Source: Spirochaetia bacterium
GTDB taxonomy: Bacteria; Spirochaetota; Spirochaetia; DSM-2461
Length of the DNA: 64,000 nt
Reading direction: 5' to 3'
NCBI GenBank assembly: GCA_963666985.2
Contig: CAXXIA010000002.1
Span: 2,336,001-2,400,000 of the forward strand
Shown here: piece after piece, positions 1-8,775 of the stretch
Layout of the letters: each line of letters starts with the position of its first letter
Position numbering within the stretch: position 1 is the stretch's first letter
Notes under the pieces: generated by a model
The model's database searches: none
What the model was told of the DNA's origin: nothing
The model's input: the letters and a program-made list of their open reading frames with translations, nothing else
Position numbers and translations under genes: made by a program

Positions 1-614
1 TGCTCCTGGCTTCGATCGTAACTAATAATTTCAGCAAGGAGCATTATGATATTCGCGGAAATCCTGTATTGATAATGAGGGCGCTGTTTTTCTACACGAT
101 CAAAAATCGTATCATATAAACGCACAATAACATTATGTAATCCAATATAATATACCGGTTTTTCCGGAGAAATGACTCCTTCCGACTGAAGTGCTTCGAG
201 GTATTCTCCCTTCACTCCCACCCAATACTCATTCCATCCGATATCATCATCCGGTTTATATGCATGTTTTACTCCGGGGAAAAGTAGCATTATCGTCCCC
301 GGGATGACTGTATACTCCCTGCCTCTGGACACAAACCTTCCCCGGCCTTTGGTAATATAGACTATTTGATATTCGGATAAAATTCGTGATGTGGCCACAG
401 CTTTGAACGCTTTCGGATGCTTCTCAAGATTTGGCGGATAAGATGTGCTGGCCCCGATTTCATTAGACCCTACATCCGTACAGATAAGCTGCCATTTGAG
501 GTCATCATCCGAGTAGGTCAGGTAAGTCGAGAAATTTTTAATATCCGGCCTCCTTCTTTTCGCCATTTTACAACAGGCATCTTTAAAGCTGTTGTGATTC
601 CGTAAAAAATCCAT
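1..614 (-). CDS. AraC-family transcriptional regulator, N-terminal cupin ligand-binding part (3' end runs off the window)
   Basis: Manual minus-strand translation is open from ATG 614 (alternative 566) to the window edge: ...RILSEYQIVYITKGRGRF...PGTIMLLFPGVKHAYKPDDDIGWNEYWVG. This is a typical AraC_binding cupin, divergent from the sugar operon. Absent from the ORF track, presumably because it is truncated. Confidence 0.8.
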   Translation of the reverse strand, partial: MDFLRNHNSFKDACCKMAKRRRPDIKNFSTYLTYSDDDLKWQLICTDVGSNEIGASTSYPPNLEKHPKAFKAVATSRILSEYQIVYITKGRGRFVSRGREYTVIPGTIMLLFPGVKHAYKPDDDIGWNEYWVGVKGEYLEALQSEGVISPEKPVYYIGLHNVIVRLYDTIFDRVEKQRPHYQYRISANIIMLLAEIISYDRSQE

Positions 615-738
615 TCCTTAAATAGTTCTGTCCATCATATCCAGAGAAAGTCTATGCCTGTTACGTGAAAAGTCCATTTCTTAACGGAGAATCCCTGGAG
701 GATAGTAGTTCTACTACGATAAAGACGGAGTCGACAAC

Positions 739-1053
739 ATGAATCAGGTAGCGTTTAAAATGCAGCTTAAACCCGGTTTTAAAGAAGAGTACAAGAAACG
801 TCACGATGAAATTTGGCCTGAATTGCATGCCGCCTTGGCTGAAGCCGGTGTCTATGACTATGCAATTTATTTGGATAAAGAAACGCTGACACTTTTCGCT
901 GTTCAGAAATTGAAGGATGGGGAGACTACCTCCGAACTTCCCGACAATCCGGTTGTTAGGAAGTGGTGGGATTATATGGCCGATATCATGGAAACCTATT
1001 CGGATAGGGCCCCGGTTTGTATCGGTCTTCAAGAAGTCTTTTACATGGAGTAG
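739..1053 (+). CDS. rhaM: L-rhamnose mutarotase
   Basis: 104 aa; motifs AFKMQLKPG..EEYKKRHDEIWPEL and VVRKWWDYMADIM; GGAG RBS upstream. Confidence 0.9.
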   Translation: MNQVAFKMQLKPGFKEEYKKRHDEIWPELHAALAEAGVYDYAIYLDKETLTLFAVQKLKDGETTSELPDNPVVRKWWDYMADIMETYSDRAPVCIGLQEVFYME

Positions 1054-1057
1054 GGAG

Positions 1058-2482
1058 ATGAATAAACCCGTCACCATAGGTCTATACGGAATCGGATTAG
1101 ATACATACTGGCCTCAATTCGTAGGTTTGGAAGACCGGTTGAAGGGTTATCTCGGAGAGATCGCCGATCGCCTCAATAAGGATAATATTCGAATTATTAA
1201 TGCCGGATTGGTGGACAATCCGACATCTGCCCGGGAGAAGGGGCGGATATTCAAATCGGAAAACGTTGAGATTATCGTTCTCTATATATCAACCTATGCA
1301 CTCTCCTCTACAGTTCTGCCGGTTGTACAGTCAGTGGGAGTTCCGGTGATTGTTCTGAATTTGCAACCGGTATCTCGAATTGATTATGAGTCATTCAATG
1401 CTCTTGGAGACAGAGAAAGAATGACTGGAGAATGGCTGGCGCATTGCCAAGCATGCTCCGTACCGGAAGTGGCTAACATTTTTAACCGATCGAGTATCCC
1501 TTACCACTTAATTACCGGTTATTTAAAGGAAGAGAGAGTCTGGAGAGAGGTTGATGAATGGCTGGATGCCGTTGTGGTGAAGGCCGGAATACGAGACGGG
1601 CGAATCGGTATACTCGGACATTACTACAACGGCATGCTCGATGTTTATACCGATATCACATTGATGTCGGTAGTATTCGGGACGCATTTTGAGTTGCTTG
1701 AAATGTGTGAGCTGAAAACTCTACGTGATGCTGTTTTACCTGAAGTTTTGGAAAATAAAATCCATCAGTTTCATAGGGAGTTTGAAGTATCGGATGAATG
1801 CGAATCCTCTGAGATTGAACGTGCCGCACTTACTTCCTGTGCGCTTGACGCTCTGGTTGAGAGGAATTCATTGGATGCTATGGCCTATTACTACGAAGGA
1901 TCAAGCGGAAATGATTATGAGAATATCGTTACTTCATTGATTGCCGGCAATACACTGTTGACCGCGCATAACGTCCCTATTGCGGGAGAATGCGAGATAA
2001 AGAATGTCATGGCTATGAAAATCATGGATCTGTTCGGTGTTGGAGGCTCCTTCTCGGAGCTCTATGCTATGGATTTCATTGATGACATCGTAATGTGGGG
2101 ACATGATGGTCCGGCCCATGCGGCTATAGCTGAGGATAGTGTCGGTCTCGTACCGCTTCCAGTCTATCACGGGAAGCCTGGGAAAGGGCTGTCCATACAA
2201 ATGTCGGTGAAGAACGGACCGGTTACTCTGCTAGCGGTCGTTCAGGGTTGTAAAGGGAAAACTTTTCTTCTCTGTGCCGAAGGCGAATCGGTAGTTGGGC
2301 CGGTTTTAAATATCGGCAATACCAATTCCCGATATAAATTCCCGCTATCTGCACGGGATTTCATTGAAGCTTGGTCTCTTCGGGGACCATCTCATCATTG
2401 CACCATCGGCATCGGTCATATTTCCGGCAAATTGGAAAAACTGGCATCGCTTTTAGGTATTGAGTGTATAAAAGTCTGCTGA
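1058..2482 (+). CDS. L-fucose/L-arabinose isomerase family protein
   Basis: Start placed at ATG 1058 after GGGAG; motifs AGECEIKN, GGSFSE, WGHDGPAH and C-terminal GPSHHCTIGIGH. Confidence 0.85.
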   Translation: MNKPVTIGLYGIGLDTYWPQFVGLEDRLKGYLGEIADRLNKDNIRIINAGLVDNPTSAREKGRIFKSENVEIIVLYISTYALSSTVLPVVQSVGVPVIVLNLQPVSRIDYESFNALGDRERMTGEWLAHCQACSVPEVANIFNRSSIPYHLITGYLKEERVWREVDEWLDAVVVKAGIRDGRIGILGHYYNGMLDVYTDITLMSVVFGTHFELLEMCELKTLRDAVLPEVLENKIHQFHREFEVSDECESSEIERAALTSCALDALVERNSLDAMAYYYEGSSGNDYENIVTSLIAGNTLLTAHNVPIAGECEIKNVMAMKIMDLFGVGGSFSELYAMDFIDDIVMWGHDGPAHAAIAEDSVGLVPLPVYHGKPGKGLSIQMSVKNGPVTLLAVVQGCKGKTFLLCAEGESVVGPVLNIGNTNSRYKFPLSARDFIEAWSLRGPSHHCTIGIGHISGKLEKLASLLGIECIKVC

Positions 2483-2549
2483 CTGCTGAAAGGTTTATCC
2501 TCCGCTTTTGCGGAGAAGGATGTGAAGGTAAATGTTCTTTAGGAGGGAC

Positions 2550-3551
2550 ATGATGAAAAAACTGAGCATGATCGTGCTGTTTCTGGTAGTGTCGGGGATG
2601 CTGTATGCCAATGGCGGCAGTGACAAAAAAGCAGATGATGAAATCATCATCGGTTTTAACAATGGTTCCACTACGGTGAATTTCCTGCGTTTGGTCGGTG
2701 AAAGTATGGAAAAAGCCGCCGCGGATTACGGGATTAAGATCCTTGTTGCCGAATCGAATTTCGAAGCTGAGAAGATTTTGCCGAATGTCGACAACATGCT
2801 GGTCCAGGGTGCGGATATCATTGTTGATTTTAATGTAAATGCAGAAATCGGCGGCAGCTTGGTTGACTATTGCGGTGAACAGGGAATACCCGTCATCGGA
2901 GTAGATGTGCTTTATACCGGAGCCGATGGAGCCGAAGGCTATTTTTTTGGCGCCAATAATCAAATGGCCGGAGAAGTGGCGGGCGGTGGCCTGGCTGATG
3001 CCGTTAAGGTGAATTGGGGGGGGGAGATCGATACTTTCCTTGCCTTTTTCAACTCGGAAAACGGCGATTTGGTCCGTCTGCGTCTTTCCGGAATGATCGA
3101 TGGAATGCGAAATGCAGGCATCAAGATTGCTGATGACCAGATTGAATGGATTGAGATGGGTGGCGGTGGATCCGATACAACATTGACGGCCAATCAGAAG
3201 ATGACCGACTGGCTGACCGCCCATCCCGATTTAAATAAAATTGCCGTGGGAACTGTTAATTGCGAAACTGGTCAAGGTGTATTCTCTGCTGTTCAGGCTG
3301 CCGGTCGCGACTCGGATGTATTCCTCGCGACCAACAACAACGGTGCTCAGACTTTGGCGGCTTTCGAGCAAGGTGAGAATATGTGGCTTGGCGGAACCGA
3401 GTACTTTCCCAATCGCTATGGTGAATACATTGTACCTATGGCTTTGGATATCCTGGCCGGTAAGGATGTACCGAGGGTTCTGACGATGGAGCATGAGTTT
3501 TTAACTCGTGATGACATTCCGGCAATCAAGGCCGCCAACGGAATCGAGTAG
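2550..3551 (+). CDS. Sugar ABC transporter substrate-binding protein (RbsB-like fold)
   Basis: AGGAGG RBS; signal peptide MMKKLSMIVLFLVVSGMLYANGGSD; periplasmic-binding motifs (GIPVIGVD, FFGANNQMAG). Confidence 0.85.
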   Translation: MMKKLSMIVLFLVVSGMLYANGGSDKKADDEIIIGFNNGSTTVNFLRLVGESMEKAAADYGIKILVAESNFEAEKILPNVDNMLVQGADIIVDFNVNAEIGGSLVDYCGEQGIPVIGVDVLYTGADGAEGYFFGANNQMAGEVAGGGLADAVKVNWGGEIDTFLAFFNSENGDLVRLRLSGMIDGMRNAGIKIADDQIEWIEMGGGGSDTTLTANQKMTDWLTAHPDLNKIAVGTVNCETGQGVFSAVQAAGRDSDVFLATNNNGAQTLAAFEQGENMWLGGTEYFPNRYGEYIVPMALDILAGKDVPRVLTMEHEFLTRDDIPAIKAANGIE

Positions 3552-3620
3552 ATCCCTATAATCAACATCAGCACCGCTTGGATCTGTGATTCTGGGCGGT
3601 GTTTTACTTTGGAAAGTAGA

Positions 3621-5129
3621 ATGAACGACCCATACGTTCTTAGATTGAAGAACATTGTAAAAAGGTTTCCGGGTGTTCTTGCGCTGGACCGGGCAGACCT
3701 GGAAGTGGCAAGAGGCGAGGTGCTGGCAGTCATTGGCGAAAACGGTGCGGGAAAATCAACAATGATGAAAATCATTTCCGGGGCTTATCGACTAGATTCG
3801 GGAGAAATACTTCTGGAAGGTGAGCCTTTAAATCCCGCTTCGACTCCTCGAGAGCGATTGGATGCCGGTATCGCGACTATTTATCAAGAATTGACCTATC
3901 TGAATGAGATGACTATAGCCGAGAACCTCTGTATGGGAAGTATTCCCTTGAAAGGTATCTTTAAAAAAGTTGACTACTCCCGGATGTACAAGGAAGCCCG
4001 GAATTTGATGCGAACTTTCGGGCTTGAATATGAGCCCGACATGCCCGTTAAGGAGCTTACGGTAGCCGAGAAGCAGATAATTGAAATCCTCAGAGCTGTA
4101 TCGAGACAGGTGAAAGTTCTGATTATGGACGAACCGACATCGTCGCTGAATGAAATAGAGTCAGAGAGACTTTTCGAGTTCATTCGTGATCTGAAATCCA
4201 GAGATGTCTCAATAATTTTTATTTCTCATAAGCTTGAAGAAGTTTATTCCATCGCGGACCGTGTTCAGGTGATGCGTGATGGAAAAAGAGTCTGTGTCTC
4301 ACCGATTGGTGAAATCAACAGTGATGAACTGGTTACCCAAATGGTCGGACGAACCATCACCGATATGTACCCGAAAGATTCTGCTGAAATAGGTGAAGAG
4401 GTTTTACGGGTGGAGAATCTTTCTTGCCGCCGTATGAGGAATGCATCATTCAGTGTTCGGAAAGGAGAAATCCTGGGATTGTTCGGGCTGGTGGGATCGG
4501 GCCGGGTTGAGGTTATTGAGGGAATACTGGGACTGAAGAAGCCGGATTCCGGAAAAATATATATCGACGGTGTCCGAGTAGAGATTCCTGATCCGCTTGA
4601 GGCAAAGAAATATGGAATCAGTTATATACCGAGTGACAGAAAACAGGATGGCCTTGTACTGATTAATACCGTTAAGAATAACCTGACGGTTACAAAGCTG
4701 GATGAGCTGAACAAATGATTTCGGTTGGATGCTCGTGCGGAAGACGGGTATTGTCGGAAGTGGATTGAGAAATTGGGAGTGAAAACCCCTTCTGGGGATA
4801 CGGTCATCGAAACATTGAGCGGAGGCAATCAGCAAAAAATAGTAATAGCAAAATGGCTGCTGACGGAGCCAAAAATTTTGATTATGAACGATCCTACCCG
4901 TGGCATTGATGTCGGTGCCAAGGTGGAAATCTATAAAGTGATGGAAGAACTCTGTAAAGAAGGGATTTCCATCATCATGGTCTCCTCGGAGCTGCCTGAA
5001 ACCATGGGTATTACCGACAGGATGATTGTATTCGCCGATGGAAAAATCGCAGGCGAAGTGAAACGAAAAGATTATGACCAGAAAAGCCTACTTCAGATGG
5101 CCGTCGGAGGAGAAAATTATGACAAATAA
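3621..5129 (+). pseudogene. Sugar ABC transporter ATP-binding protein (RbsA/MglA type) interrupted by an in-frame TGA at 4716-4718
   Basis: Walker A GENGAGKST and Walker B IMDEPT lie in the first ORF; the LSGGNQQK signature lies in the second ORF (4725-5129), in the same frame 6 nt after the TGA. Confidence 0.8.
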
Positions 5130-6102
5130 TACAACATCGCCCCTAAGAGCCGGAGCTTTTTTCAGCAAGCTCCCCATAGAAGGTAATACATTGAGTCTTA
5201 CTATCGCCTTTGTGGCTTTGTGTGCTGTTTGGACGGTTTTGTCTCCCTTTTTTCTGACTTTACAGAACATTATGAATGTTTTGATGTTCGCTTCGATATT
5301 GGGTATAAGGGCTTCCGGATTGACAGTCGCCATGATATTGGGCTGTATGGACGTTTCTCAGAATTCAGTCGGTGCCATTGCGGCATTGCTTGCCGCTTTG
5401 GCCGCCGCTGCCGGTGCGCCCTGGTGGCTTGTGATTCTCTTGGTGTTTGGATTAAGTCTTTTAATGGGTTTCGTCAATTCGACACTGATCAGCGTATTCA
5501 AGATTGCGCCGATTATTACGACATTGGGAACGATGCAGATATTCAGAGGAATCGCTTGGCTAATCAAAGATGCCACGGTTATGGTTAAGGATCCGGTTCT
5601 CTTACGTTTCGGTCGGGGAAGGCTTTTTGGTGTTGTTCCTTTTATCGCACTTATTGCAGTCGGAATATTGACACTGACATGGTACATCTTGAAGTACACG
5701 TCATTCGGCCGAAAAGTGTATATGGTAGGTGGAAACGAGCAAGCTTCGTATCTTTCCGGTATTAACAGTAACAAGGTGAAATTTTTAGCTTTTACCATAA
5801 GCAGCCTCACTGCGGGAATAGCCGGTTTTTTGCTGGCCTGTCAGGTAGGAGCCGCGCTTCCTCAATCCGGAGCCGGAACAGAGATGAGCACGATCTCGGC
5901 AGTTATTCTCGGCGGTATCAGCTTGTCAGGAGGTAAAGGCAAAATATCCGGCACAATCTTGGGTGTTCTAATTCTTCAGGTGATCAATAATGGCCTCACG
6001 TTATTGAGCGTGAATGCGTACTTTCAGATGGTTGTAAGCGGTACGGTTCTTCTTCTTGCCGTTCTGATTGATATTGTTCGAAGCGGGATGCTCAAGAAGT
6101 AA
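5119..6102 (+). CDS. Sugar ABC transporter permease (RbsC type)
   Basis: Hydrophobic protein with FGRKVYMVGGNEQASYLSGI and ISAVILGGISLSGGKG motifs. Confidence 0.9.
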   Translation: MTNNTTSPLRAGAFFSKLPIEGNTLSLTIAFVALCAVWTVLSPFFLTLQNIMNVLMFASILGIRASGLTVAMILGCMDVSQNSVGAIAALLAALAAAAGAPWWLVILLVFGLSLLMGFVNSTLISVFKIAPIITTLGTMQIFRGIAWLIKDATVMVKDPVLLRFGRGRLFGVVPFIALIAVGILTLTWYILKYTSFGRKVYMVGGNEQASYLSGINSNKVKFLAFTISSLTAGIAGFLLACQVGAALPQSGAGTEMSTISAVILGGISLSGGKGKISGTILGVLILQVINNGLTLLSVNAYFQMVVSGTVLLLAVLIDIVRSGMLKK

Positions 6103-6126
6103 CTGTAATTAAACTTAAGTTTTTAG

Positions 6127-6264
6127 AGGTCTTTTCAAAATGCACCTTTGATTCGTATACAGCGTTTGGCGGTTCCCGAAAAGCCCATATATCTGCACTG
6201 CATTGCGGTTTTATGCTCCGGCGGCCTTGTCTGTAAAACCAAATCCATTGTTTTGAGAAGGCCT
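6127..6264. repeat. Short palindromic element with imperfect terminal inverted repeats (MITE/REP-like)
   Basis: AGGTCTTTTCAAAA (6127-6140) matches the reverse complement of TTTTGAGAAGGCCT (6251-6264) at 12/14; partial internal self-complementarity. Confidence 0.45.
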
Positions 6265-6421
6265 TTTTATAAAAAATATTTGATAAGGAGGGATGGACTT
6301 CTCCATGCTTTATATTCTCTTCATTCGATGTCTGTTTCTTATATCTATCTTATATGGATGATTCAATAAGAATAAAATTAAATTGGGAGATGAGCCTCCC
6401 ATGTTCTCTATACGGCAAAAA

Positions 6422-8144
6422 GGGGCTGTCTCATAAGAGGCGGCCCTTTTTCATGTCTGGAAGAATTCCCTTCTGAATTCAAGGGTGGTAGAATTCTTCA
6501 TGGACACTAAAAAGAAGGCTACATTCAAAGATTACGAAATCAGCCAACAGATGCTCCTGCCTCCAAGTCTCGATGAACTGCTTCCCGCAAACCATATATC
6601 CCGCACAATCAACAACTTCATCGACACGATGGATACCAGTGAGCTCTTCAACGCCTATCCGGGAGGCGGTGCCAGCAGCTACCACCCGGTGATGATGCTG
6701 AAGGTTCTGGTGTTGGCCTACTCGAAACAGCTGTATTCCTGTCGTCAAATCGCAGACGCTCTTCGTGAGCAGATATGCTTCATGTGGATCAGTGGTAATA
6801 ACCGTCCTGATTTCCACACGATAAACAGATTTCGTAACGGTCCATTGAAGAAGAGCATCGAGAAAATCTTTGCCTCAATGGCCAACAGCCTCATCGAGAG
6901 CGGACATGTCCAGATGGAGAACTACTTTCTCGACGGCACAAAAATCGAATCAGCAGCTAACAAATACACATGGGTATGGGGCCGGGCGACAGACAAGTTC
7001 CAGAAGCGCCTGGCCGGCAATATGGATGAGCTTTTCGAATACATCGACCGCATCAATGAAGAAGAGGATGAGAAGTACGGCGACCATGACCTTCCCCATG
7101 TGGATCCTCAAGGCAGGCCGATGTCGGAGATTCTCGAAGATGCGGTATCCAAGCTCAATGAAGAGCTGCGCAAGGATCGGGAGGAGCGAGAAAAGAAGGA
7201 GATTCAACGGAGATTGAATACCGCTAGCAAGGACTATCTCCCTCGTGCCAAAAAGTATGAGCAGCAGAAGAGAATCCTCGGCGACCGAAATAGTTACTCG
7301 AAAACAGACTATGATGCGACTTTCATGCGGATGAAAGAAGACTATATGAAAAATGGTCAGCTCAAGCCCGGGTACAACATCCAAATGGGTACTGAGAACC
7401 AGTTCATCCTCGGATATAGCATCCACCAGAGTCCCGGTGACTCCCTGACATTGCCGCTACATATGGAGAAACTGAAAAAGAATCTGAAACGCTATCCGAA
7501 AAGAATCATTGCTGATTCAGGATATGGTAGTGAAGAGAACTACCAGTGGTGTGAGGATCATGGTGTCGAGAAGTACATCAAGTTCAGCTACTTCCACAGG
7601 GAGCGGAAACGGAAGTTCAAGAAGCAGATTCATATGAAAGAGAACTGGGACTATCGTGCCTCTGATGATACATACCGGTGCCCCAAGGGTCGCCGATTCA
7701 AACACGAGGAGACCAGAATCTCGAAAACAGGTTCAGGATTTCCGACCACTGAAAAAAGGTATACAGGCCCTGGATGCCAAAGGTGTTCTCTCCGAATCCG
7801 GTGCTGCAAATACGGAGGCAAAGAGCGCATCCTGACGGTTCGTCCAAACCTGGAACGGCATAAGTCTGAAGTGCGCAAGTTGCTGACTTCAGAGGAAGGA
7901 CTGAGAATGCGCTCTCTCAGGCCGATTGAAGTCGAATCTGTATTCGGAGATATCAAGACGAATATGGGATTTCGGAGATTCCGAACCAGGGGATTGAAGA
8001 TGGTCAGTACTGAATGGGGACTGTTGAGTATGGCTCATAACATGAGGAAGCTACAGAAACGATAAGGGGATGGGAGGGAACCTCCCGTCTTCGGAGGTCA
8101 ACCAAATTTTAAAAGGGGCTGTCTCAAACTAATGAGACAGCCCC
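6422..8144 (+). mobile_element. IS1182-family insertion sequence
   Basis: Left end GGGGCTGTCTCATAAG (6422-6437) and right end CTAATGAGACAGCCCC (8129-8144) form a 15/16 inverted repeat around a single transposase. Confidence 0.85.
6500..8065 (+). CDS. IS1182-family DDE transposase
   Basis: Motifs YHPVMMLKVLV, PDFHTINRFR, FLDGTKIESAANKY, SYSKTDYDATFMRMKED, ADSGYGSEENY and VESVFGDIK. Confidence 0.95.
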   Translation: MDTKKKATFKDYEISQQMLLPPSLDELLPANHISRTINNFIDTMDTSELFNAYPGGGASSYHPVMMLKVLVLAYSKQLYSCRQIADALREQICFMWISGNNRPDFHTINRFRNGPLKKSIEKIFASMANSLIESGHVQMENYFLDGTKIESAANKYTWVWGRATDKFQKRLAGNMDELFEYIDRINEEEDEKYGDHDLPHVDPQGRPMSEILEDAVSKLNEELRKDREEREKKEIQRRLNTASKDYLPRAKKYEQQKRILGDRNSYSKTDYDATFMRMKEDYMKNGQLKPGYNIQMGTENQFILGYSIHQSPGDSLTLPLHMEKLKKNLKRYPKRIIADSGYGSEENYQWCEDHGVEKYIKFSYFHRERKRKFKKQIHMKENWDYRASDDTYRCPKGRRFKHEETRISKTGSGFPTTEKRYTGPGCQRCSLRIRCCKYGGKERILTVRPNLERHKSEVRKLLTSEEGLRMRSLRPIEVESVFGDIKTNMGFRRFRTRGLKMVSTEWGLLSMAHNMRKLQKR

Positions 8145-8156
8145 TTTTCGCTATCG

Positions 8157-8283
8157 TACCGGCGGTACTCTCCGCAACAACGACGTTGTTGCGGAGGTTC
8201 GTCCTGCGTCGGCTCGGTCATGTCTGAGCAAGCTCAGCCACGACGCTCGCTCTCCTTGTCCGTCGAACTCTTCGAGTCCTCCC
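8157..8283 (-). repeat. 127-bp structured repeat, copy 1, ending in the tRNA-Leu 3' terminus
   Basis: Differs from 8351-8477 at 4 positions; on + it begins TACCGGCGGT, identical to 8521-8530. Confidence 0.9.
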
Positions 8284-8350
8284 GAGGTCTCCAAATGAGT
8301 AAGCGTGATTCTGTGAGTAAAAGATGGTGGCCCGGGGGATAAGATGTCTA

Positions 8351-8477
8351 TACCGGCGGTACTCTCAGCAACAACGTCGTTGTTGCTGAGGTTCGTCCTG
8401 CGTCGGCTCGGTCATGTCTGAGCAAGCTCAGCCACGACGCTCGCTCTCCTTGTCCGTCGGACTCTTCGAGTCCTCCC
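8351..8477 (-). repeat. 127-bp structured repeat, copy 2, ending in the tRNA-Leu 3' terminus
   Basis: Direct repeat of 8157-8283. Confidence 0.9.
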
Positions 8478-8482
8478 ATAAA

Positions 8483-8519
8483 CCAGAAAAAGCCACCCCG
8501 ACGGGATGGCTTTTTCTGG
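8483..8519 (-). terminator. Hairpin directly downstream of tRNA-Leu, probable intrinsic terminator
   Basis: CCAGAAAAGCCA-CCCCGACGGGA-TGGCTTTTTCTGG inverted repeat with A/T tracts. Confidence 0.6.
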
Positions 8520-8520
8520 A

Positions 8521-8604
8521 TACCGGCGGTCGGACTCGAACCGACACGTTCTTGCGAACAACAGATTTTGAGTCTGTCGTGTCTACCAATTTCACCACGC
8601 CGGC
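8521..8604 (-). tRNA. tRNA-Leu (anticodon CAA)
   Basis: Minus strand GCCGGCGTGGTGAAATTGGTAGACACGACAGACT-CAA-AATCTGTTGTTCGCAAGAACGTGTCGGTTCGAGTCCGACCGCCGGTA; long variable arm; CCA not encoded. Confidence 0.95.
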
Positions 8605-8775
8605 GGGTAAACGTGAGACGGATTATAGGACGGGGCGGGGAGCGGGGTCAACGGAATGTGAAAGAATCGGTACCCGCCGTATTTCGATGATCGCCGGTTC
8701 GGCGGGATTCGCGGCATATCCAATACCATTCCTTTCGCGTATCATGCCGTATTCTTCGGCGGAGACTTAAAAAAG

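Noticed and set aside
917..1057. N-terminal extension of the isomerase ORF
   Set aside because: Overlaps rhaM; a good RBS and ATG lie at 1058.
3016..3024. G9 tract in the sugar-binding protein gene as a phase-variation switch
   Set aside because: The frame is intact (W-G-G-E) and one sequence cannot show length variation.
8157..8477. CRISPR array interpretation of the direct repeats
   Set aside because: The repeats are 127 bp with only two copies, the spacers are unequal (67 and 43 bp), and no cas genes are in the window.
8414..8770. 118-aa plus-strand ORF
   Set aside because: Runs antisense across the repeat and tRNA-Leu with no protein motif; spurious.
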